The position numbers were made by a program, and so were the translations under genes. Of a stretch of DNA of 64,000 nucleotides, positions 27,608-36,720 are shown in pieces. The first letter of the stretch is position 1. Every line of letters starts with the position of its first letter. Origin of the DNA: Anaerolineales bacterium (GTDB taxonomy: Bacteria; Chloroflexota; Anaerolineae; Anaerolineales; UBA11579); the NCBI GenBank assembly GCA_040902205.1, contig JBBDXR010000034.1, forward strand, positions 2,859 to 66,858, written 5' to 3'. The notes under the pieces are model-generated. The model was not told the DNA's origin, ran no database searches, and saw nothing but the letters and a program-made list of their open reading frames with translations.

Positions 27608-28837
27608 TTGTCAAGCGGGCGCTCAAGCAGGTGCCAAGGTTATACTCGCTCCGTGCAACCGATCAGCTTGTACTTGCACGTTCCTTTCTGTATCCATCGC
27701 TGCGGTTATTGCGATTTCAACACCTACGCCGGCCTGGAAGCCCTGATGCCAGCCTACGTGGACGCCTTGACCCGGGAGGCGCGCCTGCTTGCCGCCGCGG
27801 CCGGGGAACGCCTCACCGTTCACACTGTCTTTTTCGGCGGAGGTACGCCTTCTCTGCTTCCAGTAGACGCCATTCGATCCATGTTGGAAGCCATACGAAC
27901 CGCATATGACTTGATCGAGGATGCCGAGATCTGCCTGGAAGCGAACCCAGGCACGGTCTCACTAGATAAGCTCGCGGGGCTGCGCCAAGCCGGCATCAAT
28001 CGCCTCAGCTTCGGCGTGCAATCCGCCAGCCCTGAAGAGCTGCGCTTGCTCGAGCGCCAGCACGACTTCAGCGATGTGCTCATGGCAGTGATGTGGGCGC
28101 GGCAGGCCGGCTTTCAGAACCTGAATCTGGATTGGATCTTCGGCTTACCTGGCCAGTCTCTGGCCAGTTGGGCGCGCAACCTGGACCTGGCTATCGGCCT
28201 CGCTCCGCAGCATCTCTCGCTGTATGCCCTCAGCGTCGAGCATGGCACACCCTTCATGGACCTTTCTAGTCGCGGCCTTCTTCCCGATCTCGATCCTGAC
28301 CTGGCCGCGGATATGTACGAGTTGGCGGAGGCCAAGCTCAAAGCCGCTGGCTTCATCCAATACGAAATATCCAATTGGGCCCAGCCAGGCGAGGACAGCA
28401 GACCGTTGGCCTGCAGGCACAATCTGCAGTATTGGCGCAATTTGCCTTATGCCGGCCTCGGCGCAGGTGCCCACGGTTTTCTAGCAGGCCAGCGAACCGC
28501 CAATGTGCTTGCCCCGGCCGCCTACATCAAACGCCTCACGGGCGGGAAGCAAAGTGCCTTCCCGCGTACTCCGGCTACGGTCAGCGGCGAACCGATCGAC
28601 AGAGTGCGCGAAATGGGTGAGACCATGATGATGGGGCTCCGCCTGGTAGAGGAAGGCGTTTCGCGGGATGATTTCTCAAAACGATTCGGTGTGAGTATCG
28701 AAGAGGTGTACGGGGAGCATATTTCGAATTTATCCGCTCTCGGTTTGCTGGAACAGCTAAACGCGGATCGAAATCTGATCCGGCTGACGCAGCGCGGCAA
28801 GTTACTGGGGAACCGGGTGTTCAGGGAGTTTGTCTGA
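27608..28837 (+). CDS. hemW: radical SAM heme chaperone HemW / HemN-like
   Basis: CIHRCGYCDF cluster motif and GGGTPS. The start is uncertain, and GTG at 27653 is plausible. Confidence 0.85.
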   Translation: MSSGRSSRCQGYTRSVQPISLYLHVPFCIHRCGYCDFNTYAGLEALMPAYVDALTREARLLAAAAGERLTVHTVFFGGGTPSLLPVDAIRSMLEAIRTAYDLIEDAEICLEANPGTVSLDKLAGLRQAGINRLSFGVQSASPEELRLLERQHDFSDVLMAVMWARQAGFQNLNLDWIFGLPGQSLASWARNLDLAIGLAPQHLSLYALSVEHGTPFMDLSSRGLLPDLDPDLAADMYELAEAKLKAAGFIQYEISNWAQPGEDSRPLACRHNLQYWRNLPYAGLGAGAHGFLAGQRTANVLAPAAYIKRLTGGKQSAFPRTPATVSGEPIDRVREMGETMMMGLRLVEEGVSRDDFSKRFGVSIEEVYGEHISNLSALGLLEQLNADRNLIRLTQRGKLLGNRVFREFV

Positions 28838-28876
28838 CGAGTGTACGGATGACGACCGATCATCGTTAGGAGGTGT

Positions 28877-29380
28877 ATGGCACACATAACGAAATCCGGC
28901 AATCCCAAGGCGCCCGCCAGAGCGGACAAGATGTATTCACAGGGGCGGATAGATCCCTACGAGTCGCGCAAAAAACTTCCCGATCCTACACGTTGTCCCA
29001 CTTGTAAGGCGGTTTTTCTGAAGGGTCGCTGGACCTGGGAGACCGTTCCCGACCCGGTTAAAGAAGAGCTGTGCCCGGCCTGCCGCCGCATTAAAGATCG
29101 CGTGGCTGCCGGCATTGTGGAACTCAGCGGCCCTTTCTTCGAGGAACACCGCGCCGAGATCGAAAGCCTGATCAATAATCAGGAGAAACTCGAAAAGGAA
29201 CGCCACCCTTTGGAACGCATGATGGCCATGAAGCCCGCCAAGGGCGGCTTGCGCATAGAAACCACAGGCCACCACTTGGCCCGCCGCCTGGGCAATGCGC
29301 TAAAGGATGCCTATCAAGGGGAACTGGAGATCGAGTATTTGAAGGGTCAGGAAAAGGTGCGTATCAACTGGGAGCGCTGA
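28877..29380 (+). CDS. hypothetical zinc-ribbon protein
   Basis: 167 aa with the CPTC...CPAC pair. GGAGG lies upstream. Confidence 0.65.
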   Translation: MAHITKSGNPKAPARADKMYSQGRIDPYESRKKLPDPTRCPTCKAVFLKGRWTWETVPDPVKEELCPACRRIKDRVAAGIVELSGPFFEEHRAEIESLINNQEKLEKERHPLERMMAMKPAKGGLRIETTGHHLARRLGNALKDAYQGELEIEYLKGQEKVRINWER

Positions 29381-29383
29381 CCA

Positions 29384-30108
29384 TCAGTCTAGCTGGTTAT
29401 AGATCATCGCGAAGCCGCTGATAACCATCACCGCCAGCACGATGCGGCGAAGGGTCTTGCCGTCCATCTTGCTCAAAAACTGCTTTCCAGCAAAGCTGCC
29501 AGCAGCCGCCCCAACCGCAACTGCGATCCCGTAGAACCATAGATCGCCGGGTAGCGCACCAAAATATGCATAGGCACCCAATTGAACAAGGCCGGCCATG
29601 AAGGAATTGATCGTGTTGGTGCCTACCATGGCTTCCTTCTCCAGGCCGTAATTTAAGTAAAACGGGTTTTCCACTGGCCTGTGGCTCCAATAATGGCGGA
29701 CATTAAAGAGACGACGAATCCCAAGGGGAGGAAATGGATCCCTTTCATTTCGAAGGTTCTCTTTTTCTCGCCAAAACGATATTGGAATATTGTGGAGATC
29801 AAATACAAGCCGACTGCGATTTGCAGCCATTCGAGCTTGATCTGGGTAAATACGTAGGCTCCCAAAAAGGCGCCAAGCATGGCGCCAGGGATGTGGAACT
29901 TGGCCACTGACCAATTTATGTCACGCCAGAAAATGATCAGCCGAGCCGGCCGGCTTAGTTCTTCGCCGATCGCCAGGACAGGGGCCACTGCCCGTGCCCC
30001 CAGCGCAAAGCTTAGGACGGGGACCAACAGCAGGGAGCCGCCGCCACCTCCAACTGTGCTGACCACGTAACCGATGAATGCTGCTGCGGGGACGAGGACG
30101 AGTTCCAT
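29384..30108 (-). pseudogene. TSUP (TauE/SafE) family membrane transporter, interrupted by a 1-nt frameshift
   Basis: The N-terminal half is in ORF 29653-30108 and the C-terminal half in ORF 29384-29914. The frames join at GGCCAGTGG near 29676, where one extra C would restore ...GATGPVENPFYL... Confidence 0.8.
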
Positions 30109-30142
30109 GTGGAAACTAACGCCCCCAGCAACTTGCCGTTAC

Positions 30143-31156
30143 TCAGATCTCCCTCCGCCCCAGTTCCTCGGTAAGTTCGGCCAGTGCCGCGCCCGCTTCG
30201 GCCTCGGGCTTGGCCGCCGCCAGCGCCTGCAGCGCTTCACCGGTGAGCCTCGCCGCTTCATGCGCCGTGTAATCCCGGGCGCCTTCCGCCTCGAGCAAGT
30301 GGGCAAGGTCCTTCACCTTATCTGCCGGGTTCCCACCATTAGTCCAGCGCTTGGAAAATTCGCCTTCCTTCTGCAAAGCAAACAGGACGGGTAGCGATTT
30401 CTTTCCGCTCAATAGATCGCTGTGCGCTGACTTGCCCATTTCTTCGGCGTCTCCCCAGATGCCCAGCAGGTCGTCGTGCACTTGATAGGCAAGGCCCAGT
30501 TTCTCACCGAACACCATGTAAGCCTTGATCGTCGCGGCTGAAGCATCGGCTAGCAGCGCACCCAACTGCGTGCAGGTCCGAATGAGCACGGCCGTTTTTC
30601 CCCAGATCATCGGCCAATAAGCGTCCGAGTTGAGGTGCGGCGCTTCTTCGTAAGCCAAGTCCAGATATTGGCCCTGCGTAAGTTGCAGGCTGGTGCGCAG
30701 CAGCACTTTGGCGGCTGCAGTATAGGCGGAGCCGGAAGCGCTCGTCTCCAGCAATTCCAGGCTCATGTGGGCCAGTGAAAACATGGCATCCCCGGCGTTG
30801 ATCGCCTGGGCCGTGCCCAGCCGCGCCCAAAGCGTGGGCCGGCCGCGGCGCGTATCGCTCTCGTCTTGGATGTCGTCATGGATCAGGGAGAAATTGTGCA
30901 GCAATTCCACGGCCGCCGCGGCTGGCAGAGCCCGCGGCCAGTCGCCGCCGGCGGCTGCGCAAGTCAGCAAGAGCAGGGTGGGGCGCACCCGTTTGCCGGT
31001 GGCTTTTTGGCCGGCGCCTTCCCCCTCCCAACCCAGGTGGTAGCACAGCATTCGAAAAAACTCTTCCTGGCCGGACGTGTTGGCCGGCTGGATGGCTTCC
31101 TTCAATGCCTGCTCGACACCAGGAAGAAAGAGTTTTCGATATTGCTCAAGCGACAT
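30143..31156 (-). CDS. polyprenyl diphosphate synthase (GGPP/FPP synthase family)
   Basis: 337 aa with the Asp-rich motifs LIHDDIQDESDTRRG and VHDDLLGIWGD. Confidence 0.9.
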   Translation of the reverse strand: MSLEQYRKLFLPGVEQALKEAIQPANTSGQEEFFRMLCYHLGWEGEGAGQKATGKRVRPTLLLLTCAAAGGDWPRALPAAAAVELLHNFSLIHDDIQDESDTRRGRPTLWARLGTAQAINAGDAMFSLAHMSLELLETSASGSAYTAAAKVLLRTSLQLTQGQYLDLAYEEAPHLNSDAYWPMIWGKTAVLIRTCTQLGALLADASAATIKAYMVFGEKLGLAYQVHDDLLGIWGDAEEMGKSAHSDLLSGKKSLPVLFALQKEGEFSKRWTNGGNPADKVKDLAHLLEAEGARDYTAHEAARLTGEALQALAAAKPEAEAGAALAELTEELGRREI

Positions 31157-31186
31157 GCGGAGATTATAGAGGAAAAAAAGAAGGAG

Positions 31187-32218
31187 CTAGCTGCGCAGGA
31201 CCATCGTAACGGCTTGCAGCGCGGCCAGATCGCCGGCGCCTGCCGCGAACATGGTGACGCGCAACTCACGCACCATTTCTTCGATGGCCTTGCGGACGGC
31301 TTGGCTGGATTCGCTGGCCGCCTTCAGGAACGGGCCGGCCATACCGCCCAGGTCCGCGCCCAGGGCAATGCCCTTGGCAATATCCAGCCCGGAGCGCAAG
31401 CCTCCGGACGCGAAGATGCGCATCTTTGGCAGCGCCTGGCGCACCTGAATGATGGATTCGCTGGTGGTGATGCCCCAATCGCTGAACGCGGCCGCCAGGC
31501 GCGCCTGGCTTTCATTTTGGGCTCGATGCATCTCTACCTGCGTCCAGGAAGTGCCGCCTGCGCCGGCCACGTCGATGGCTTGCACCCCGGCGTGCGCCAG
31601 CTGTCTGGCCACTTCGGCCGAGATGCCCCAGCCCACTTCTTTCACCACGACCGGAACCTGAAGTTGCTTGCACATGATCTCGATCTTCTTGAGCAAGCCG
31701 CTGAAGTTCGTATCGCCTTCGGGCTGCACAGCTTCCTGCAGCGCATTCAGATGCAGCATCAGGGCGTCCGCTTCGCACATCTCTACAGCTTGCTGCAAAT
31801 GGGCCAGGCCGTAGCCATAATTAAGTTGCACGGCTCCCAGGTTGGCGAATAGCAGGATGTCCGGAGCCACATTGCGTACCTTGAAGCTGGCCGCCAGACT
31901 CTCGTCTTCCAGGGCGGCTCGCTGCGAACCAAGCCCCAGGGCGATACCTGCCGCCTGGGCGGCCTCCGCCAGGCGCTGGTTGATCTGGGTGGCATCTTTG
32001 CTGCCACCGGTCATCGAGGAGATCAGGATGGGTGCTTTCAGCTTTTTGCCGAAGATCTCGAGCGAGAGGTCCACCTCCTCAAGGTTCAGCTCGGGGAGGG
32101 CGTTATGCAGAAAAAAATAGCGTTCCAGCCCGGTGGTAAGCTTGGAACGCACGTCTTCTTCGAGGTTAATGCGGATGTGATCCGCTTTCCTCTCGCTTGT
32201 GCGCGTAACTTTCGCCAT
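31187..32218 (-). CDS. fni: type 2 isopentenyl-diphosphate delta-isomerase
   Basis: 343 aa with FMN-dependent IDI-2 sequence ([26 protein letters not shown]). Confidence 0.95.
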   Translation of the reverse strand: MAKVTRTSERKADHIRINLEEDVRSKLTTGLERYFFLHNALPELNLEEVDLSLEIFGKKLKAPILISSMTGGSKDATQINQRLAEAAQAAGIALGLGSQRAALEDESLAASFKVRNVAPDILLFANLGAVQLNYGYGLAHLQQAVEMCEADALMLHLNALQEAVQPEGDTNFSGLLKKIEIMCKQLQVPVVVKEVGWGISAEVARQLAHAGVQAIDVAGAGGTSWTQVEMHRAQNESQARLAAAFSDWGITTSESIIQVRQALPKMRIFASGGLRSGLDIAKGIALGADLGGMAGPFLKAASESSQAVRKAIEEMVRELRVTMFAAGAGDLAALQAVTMVLRS

Positions 32219-32280
32219 AAAGGGGTGTTCCTGTGCTTGAGGCTAGTTTACCAGCCGCATATTTGACTGTCAAACTATGG

Positions 32281-32308
32281 TTGACAGCCGCCATTCGATA
32301 GGTAGAAT
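32281..32308 (+). promoter_or_regulatory. candidate promoter TTGACA-16-TAGAAT for acpP
   Basis: Hexamers read directly at 32281-32286 and 32303-32308. Confidence 0.45.
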
Positions 32309-32339
32309 TGTCAGGTTTTCCACGGCTTAGGAGGCTGAA

Positions 32340-32576
32340 GTGGCAGATACGTTTGAACAGGTGAAAGCAACCATTATCGAATTACTCGGCGCTGACGCCG
32401 CGAAGGTTACCCGCGAAGCTCGCTTCCGTGAGGACCTTGAAGCGGACTCGCTGGATATCGTCGAACTCATTATGGCGCTTGAAGACAAGATGAAGATCGA
32501 GATCTCGGACGAAGATGCCCAGAAGATCACCACGGTTGGCCAGGCCGTCGATTACATCGAAGGCCAAGCGAAGTAG
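32340..32576 (+). CDS. acpP: acyl carrier protein
   Basis: 78 aa with [16 protein letters not shown] (phosphopantetheine Ser). GTG start after AGGAGG. Confidence 0.95.
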   Translation: MADTFEQVKATIIELLGADAAKVTREARFREDLEADSLDIVELIMALEDKMKIEISDEDAQKITTVGQAVDYIEGQAK

Positions 32577-32599
32577 GCCCGCCTTTCCTCTGAAACAGA

Positions 32600-32628
32600 A
32601 GCGCAGCGAAAGCTGCGCTTTTTGTTTT
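32600..32628 (+). terminator. rho-independent terminator after acpP
   Basis: AGCGCAGC-GAAA-GCTGCGCT followed by TTTTTGTTTT. Confidence 0.8.
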
Positions 32629-32640
32629 CCTGGTGCTCAA

Positions 32641-33186
32641 CTACTTTGCGAAATCGGCAAACGCTTCTGGAAGCGGCAGACTGAACTTCTCACACAAAGC
32701 GGATACATCGCGATAATCGTTTTCACAAAGGGTGTACCCAGAATGGAATTTCACCAGCCATGCCGCCGAAATGCAGCGCACCGTATGGCCGCCGATTTCA
32801 CCAATACCTGTAAGGGACTCAGCCGGGTACATCACGCCTTGTTCAACCGGGCCGTAGAGCCCGTTTCCCTCTTCGTCGAATACTATTGCATGCACATCGA
32901 TCAGGCGGCCAGCCCCGTCTCCTAAGACGAAATTCCAGGGGCTTGTGTCGTCCCTGGGCCTATCTGTGTAATCTTCACGTGCCAAATGCTCGCGGAGCTT
33001 TGGCAGGTCTTGTTGCTGGATGACAATGTCGATGTCTTCGTGTGGGCGCGTTTGCTTGCCAAGCAGCGCGTCAACCCCCCAACCCCCGTCGAGCCAAATG
33101 TCTATGCCAAGCTTCTCAAGGGCTGTATAAAGGGCAATAAAGTCGCCCGCACTCGATGCATGTTTTGGATCGGGGATGGCCGTCAA
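32641..33186 (-). CDS. nucleotidyltransferase of the ANT(2'')/Lnu(F)-like family
   Basis: 181 aa with [26 protein letters not shown], resembling the aminoglycoside/lincosamide nucleotidyltransferase fold. The TTG start overlaps the sucD stop (TTGA). Confidence 0.75.
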   Translation of the reverse strand: MTAIPDPKHASSAGDFIALYTALEKLGIDIWLDGGWGVDALLGKQTRPHEDIDIVIQQQDLPKLREHLAREDYTDRPRDDTSPWNFVLGDGAGRLIDVHAIVFDEEGNGLYGPVEQGVMYPAESLTGIGEIGGHTVRCISAAWLVKFHSGYTLCENDYRDVSALCEKFSLPLPEAFADFAK

Positions 33187-34049
33187 TTCTTAAGTAGTTC
33201 GGGGATCTGTTCGGGGTGGTCGGCGAGCTGCACTCCGGCCAGCTTGAGCGCCGCGATCTTGTCTTCGGCGCTGCCTTCGCCGCCTTCCACGATGGCGCCG
33301 GCATGCCCCATGCGCTTTCCGGGAGGGGCGCTGCGCCCGGCGATGAAACTAACCACCGGCTTGGTCATATGCTTGCTAATGAACTCGGCGGCCTTCTCTT
33401 CGTCCGTGCCGCCGATCTCGCCGATCATCACCACTTTATCGGTCAGCGGATCTTCCTCGAACATCTTGAGGATGTCGATGAAATTGAGTCCCTTAACGGG
33501 ATCGCCGCCGATGCCCACGCACGTTGTAGCTCCCAGGCCCACCAGCTTCAGTGCGTATAGCACCTCGTAGGTAAGAGTGCCGGAACGCGATACGACGCCG
33601 ATGTTGCCGGGGATCGCATTGTCGCCGGGGATGAAGCCGATATTGGTCTCACCGGGAGTGAGCAAGCCTGGGCAATTGGGGCCGATAAGCTGCACCTTCT
33701 TGAAGTCCAAATAAGCGCGCACGCGCATCATGTCCTGGATGGGGATGCCTTCGGTAAGGCACACGATGAGCCGCACGCCCGAATCCGCCGCTTCCAACAT
33801 GGCATCCGGCGCCGCCGATTCCGGCACGATGATCATGCTGCAATCCGCGCCTGTGGCCTCGACGGCCACCTTCACCGAATCGAACACCGGCACCTTGCCG
33901 TCCAGCACCCATTCGCCGCCTTTGCCGGGACGCACACCGGCCACCACCTGGGTGCCGTATTCCAGCATGCGTTCCGAATGGAACAGCCCCTCGCGGCCGG
34001 TGATGCCTTGCACCACCACGCGCGTACCTTTGTCTGCCAGGATTCCCAT
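33183..34049 (-). CDS. sucD: succinate--CoA ligase subunit alpha
   Basis: 288 aa with SRSGTLTYE and GHAGAIV. Confidence 0.97.
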   Translation of the reverse strand: MGILADKGTRVVVQGITGREGLFHSERMLEYGTQVVAGVRPGKGGEWVLDGKVPVFDSVKVAVEATGADCSMIIVPESAAPDAMLEAADSGVRLIVCLTEGIPIQDMMRVRAYLDFKKVQLIGPNCPGLLTPGETNIGFIPGDNAIPGNIGVVSRSGTLTYEVLYALKLVGLGATTCVGIGGDPVKGLNFIDILKMFEEDPLTDKVVMIGEIGGTDEEKAAEFISKHMTKPVVSFIAGRSAPPGKRMGHAGAIVEGGEGSAEDKIAALKLAGVQLADHPEQIPELLKN

Positions 34050-34050
34050 A

Positions 34051-35190
34051 TTATTTGCTTCCTTTGGCGGCCGCCACGGCCTTCTTGGCCGCGTCGGCCA
34101 GCGTTTCCGCGGTGGTCATCTTGGCCTCGGCCAGCAGGGCGCGGCCTTCTTCGGCGTTGGTGCCCACCAGCCGGATGACCATCGGAACCTTGGGCTTCAC
34201 TTGCTTCATGGCTTCCAGGATGCCGCGGGCGACCTCGTCGCCGCGGGTGATGCCGCCGAAGATGTTGAACAGCACCGCCTTCACATTCTTATCGGAGAGG
34301 ATGATGCGCAGCGCGGCCGCTACCTTCTCGGCATCCGCCCCGCCGCCGATATCCAGGAAGTTGGCGGGTTCGCCGCCAAACAGCTTGATGATGTCCATGG
34401 TGGCCATGGCCAGGCCGGCGCCGTTCACCATGCAGCCGATCTCGCCGTCCAGCTTGATGTAGGTGAGCCCGTATTTGCGCGCTTCGATCTCGGCCGGCGC
34501 CTCGGCGTCCAAGTCGCGCAGTTCGGACAGGTCCTCATGCCGGTACAACGCGTTGTCGTCGATGATCATCTTGCCGTCCAGGGCCAGCAGCTTCTCATCC
34601 TTGGTGATCACCAAGGGGTTGATCTCCGCCAGGGTGGCGTCGCTGGAATGGTAGGCCTCCCACAGGCCCTTGGTGATCCGGTGGAAGGCGCTCCAGTGCT
34701 TGCGGTCCAGCTCGATGCCGATGGCCAGATCGCGGATGTTGTAGTCCTGCACGCCCAGCAGCGGGTTGATGTTCACCCGGATGATCTTCTCCGGCGCGGT
34801 GCGCGCCACCTCTTCGATGTCTACGCCCCCCGCCGCCGAAGCGATGATCACGGGCTGGCGCGCCGCGCGGTCGTTGGTGATGCCCAGGTAGATCTCCGTG
34901 GCGATCTCCGCGACCGGGTCCACCAGCACCTTGCGCACTGGCAGCCCTTTGATCTGCATGCCCAGCACAGCTTTGGCGGCGTCCTCGGCTTCCTTAACCG
35001 TCTTCGCCAGTTTCACTCCGCCGGCTTTGCCGCGGCCGCCCACCAGCACCTGCGCTTTAATGACAACGCGGCCACCCAGTTGTTTTGCGATCTTGCTTGC
35101 TTCCTTCGGGGTAGCCGCTACTTTGCCCTGTGGAACAGGGACGCCATATCTGGCGAATATCTGTTTAGATGTGTATTCGTGTAATTTCAT
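34051..35190 (-). CDS. sucC: succinate--CoA ligase subunit beta
   Basis: 379 aa with [12 protein letters not shown] and the remainder typical of SucC. Confidence 0.97.
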   Translation of the reverse strand: MKLHEYTSKQIFARYGVPVPQGKVAATPKEASKIAKQLGGRVVIKAQVLVGGRGKAGGVKLAKTVKEAEDAAKAVLGMQIKGLPVRKVLVDPVAEIATEIYLGITNDRAARQPVIIASAAGGVDIEEVARTAPEKIIRVNINPLLGVQDYNIRDLAIGIELDRKHWSAFHRITKGLWEAYHSSDATLAEINPLVITKDEKLLALDGKMIIDDNALYRHEDLSELRDLDAEAPAEIEARKYGLTYIKLDGEIGCMVNGAGLAMATMDIIKLFGGEPANFLDIGGGADAEKVAAALRIILSDKNVKAVLFNIFGGITRGDEVARGILEAMKQVKPKVPMVIRLVGTNAEEGRALLAEAKMTTAETLADAAKKAVAAAKGSK

Positions 35191-35531
35191 CCGGGGTATT
35201 GCTCCTAACAGGAGTTCCTTGTCGGTTTTGCCGACAAGGAGACTCCCAACGCAAGCGCGGCCTTTGCTTTTTGCGCCTGCGTAGAGGTCGCCTTCATGGA
35301 AAGCGGCGGCATTATACCATTGGGGTAGTGGCAGCTCTTAATGCTAGGATTTTTAAAGGGAGAGCCGGTGAACGGACTATGTCATCTCGCCAATCGTTCA
35401 CCATGTCTTTCCTCCCCGCGCGGCGCAGGAATCCGTCCCTCTTTAAGGCATCCGCCAACCTTAAAAAAGGGAGGGATACTTGCAGGCGTATGCCGATTGT
35501 TGTAGTCTGCATATGGAATGCAGGAGGCAAC

Positions 35532-36191
35532 ATGAAATCTGAAGAGATCTATGCGCAGTTGGCAAGCCGCAAGGTATCCCCAGCCGATCTGGCCAAGAAG
35601 GCAGCAAGGAAGCCGGAGTTGATACCCATTCTGGTTGAGGGCATGTGCCAAAAGAAGGCCGAGGTTAAATACGGCAGCGCCAAGGCTTTACGCTTTGTTG
35701 TAGACGAGCAGCCGGAGCTGCTCTATCCCTATTTCGACGTGTTCGCCGTCATGCTGGATAATCGCAACAACATCTTCCAGTGGGAGGCGCTGTACCTGCT
35801 CGCCGGCCTGGCCTGCGTGGATGAGGACGATAAGCTGGAGGATCTATTGCCGGCCTATTTTGCCCGCCTGGAGGGGCCGACCATGATTACCGCCGCAAAC
35901 ACCATTAAAGGCGGCTCCCAGATCGCCAAAGCCAGGCCGGACCTGGCAAAGCGCATAGTCAAAGAAATTTTGCGGGCAGAAGACGGTCATTATGAGACCT
36001 CCGAATGCTATGAGATTGTGTGCGGTGAAGCCCTGAAGGCCTTTGACAAGATCTACAAGTTCCTGGAGGACCCATCTGTGGTGGTGGCCTTCGCCAAACG
36101 GCATAGGGATAGCGGTCGCAATTCGACTCGCATGGCTGCCCAGAAGCTTCTGGCCAGGAACACAAAAGCAGGCAAAGTGCCTGCGTTGTGA
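35532..36191 (+). CDS. hypothetical helical-repeat (HEAT-like) protein
   Basis: ATG at 35532 follows AGGAGG. The longer ORF from 35169 is an Arg-rich extension over the sucC leader. Confidence 0.65.
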   Translation: MKSEEIYAQLASRKVSPADLAKKAARKPELIPILVEGMCQKKAEVKYGSAKALRFVVDEQPELLYPYFDVFAVMLDNRNNIFQWEALYLLAGLACVDEDDKLEDLLPAYFARLEGPTMITAANTIKGGSQIAKARPDLAKRIVKEILRAEDGHYETSECYEIVCGEALKAFDKIYKFLEDPSVVVAFAKRHRDSGRNSTRMAAQKLLARNTKAGKVPAL

Positions 36192-36296
36192 GCCATGTTC
36201 AGAGGGGAGGGATTAACCTTGCCCCGCTCGCATAGACATTTGTACCGTCTGCAAGCGATGGTGGCTTCCAGCTAGACTGAAGGCCGCTCGAGGAAA

Positions 36297-36617
36297 ATGA
36301 CTGTTACCGAACTGATCGCGACGATCGACTCCAAGTCCATGACCGGCAGGGACGTGGTGGACCAGGCCCTCAACCGGCCGAAGGTCATCATGAGTCTTGT
36401 CGAAGGTTTATTCGCCTGGGATGCACGCGTGGCCTATGAGTGCGCGGGCTTGCTGACTCTGGTCAGCCGCGCCGCCCCCAAGTTGCTGTATCCTTATTTC
36501 AATTCCCTGGCTGATATGTTGGCCCACGCCGATTCGATCCGCCGCGAAGAAGTCAACGCCATGCTCCGCCGCCTCGAGCCGATCGATACCTTCAGCAAGC
36601 GGGCCTTCCTGGCCTGA
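36297..36617 (+). CDS. truncated paralog of the preceding helical-repeat protein
   Basis: 106 aa sharing LVEG...LLYPYF...ML with the 35532-36191 product. Confidence 0.5.
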   Translation: MTVTELIATIDSKSMTGRDVVDQALNRPKVIMSLVEGLFAWDARVAYECAGLLTLVSRAAPKLLYPYFNSLADMLAHADSIRREEVNAMLRRLEPIDTFSKRAFLA

Positions 36618-36678
36618 CTTCGTATAGCCGCTCCTGAATTACGAATTGCCAATTACCAATACTTGCTAGGTTTCCCAG

Positions 36679-36705
36679 TCTCTAATCTCTAATCTCTAAT
36701 CTCTG
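36679..36705. repeat. heptanucleotide tandem repeat (TCTCTAA) x3 plus a partial copy
   Basis: Read directly, in the spacer between convergent genes. Confidence 0.9.
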
Positions 36706-36720
36706 TTTTCCTCCTTCCCG

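Noticed and set aside
33730-35184. 484-aa plus-strand ORF spanning sucD and sucC
   Set aside because: It is antisense to two highly conserved genes, crosses their boundary and has a biased composition. It is a typical GC-rich artefact.
35169-35531. 121-codon N-terminal extension of the helical-repeat protein ORF
   Set aside because: It overlaps the sucC start and leader and is Arg-rich. A strong AGGAGG-ATG at 35532 gives a sensible start.
36679-36705. TCTCTAA heptamer repeat as a phase-variation switch
   Set aside because: It lies between the 3' ends of two convergent genes, so copy-number change could not shift a reading frame or alter promoter spacing.
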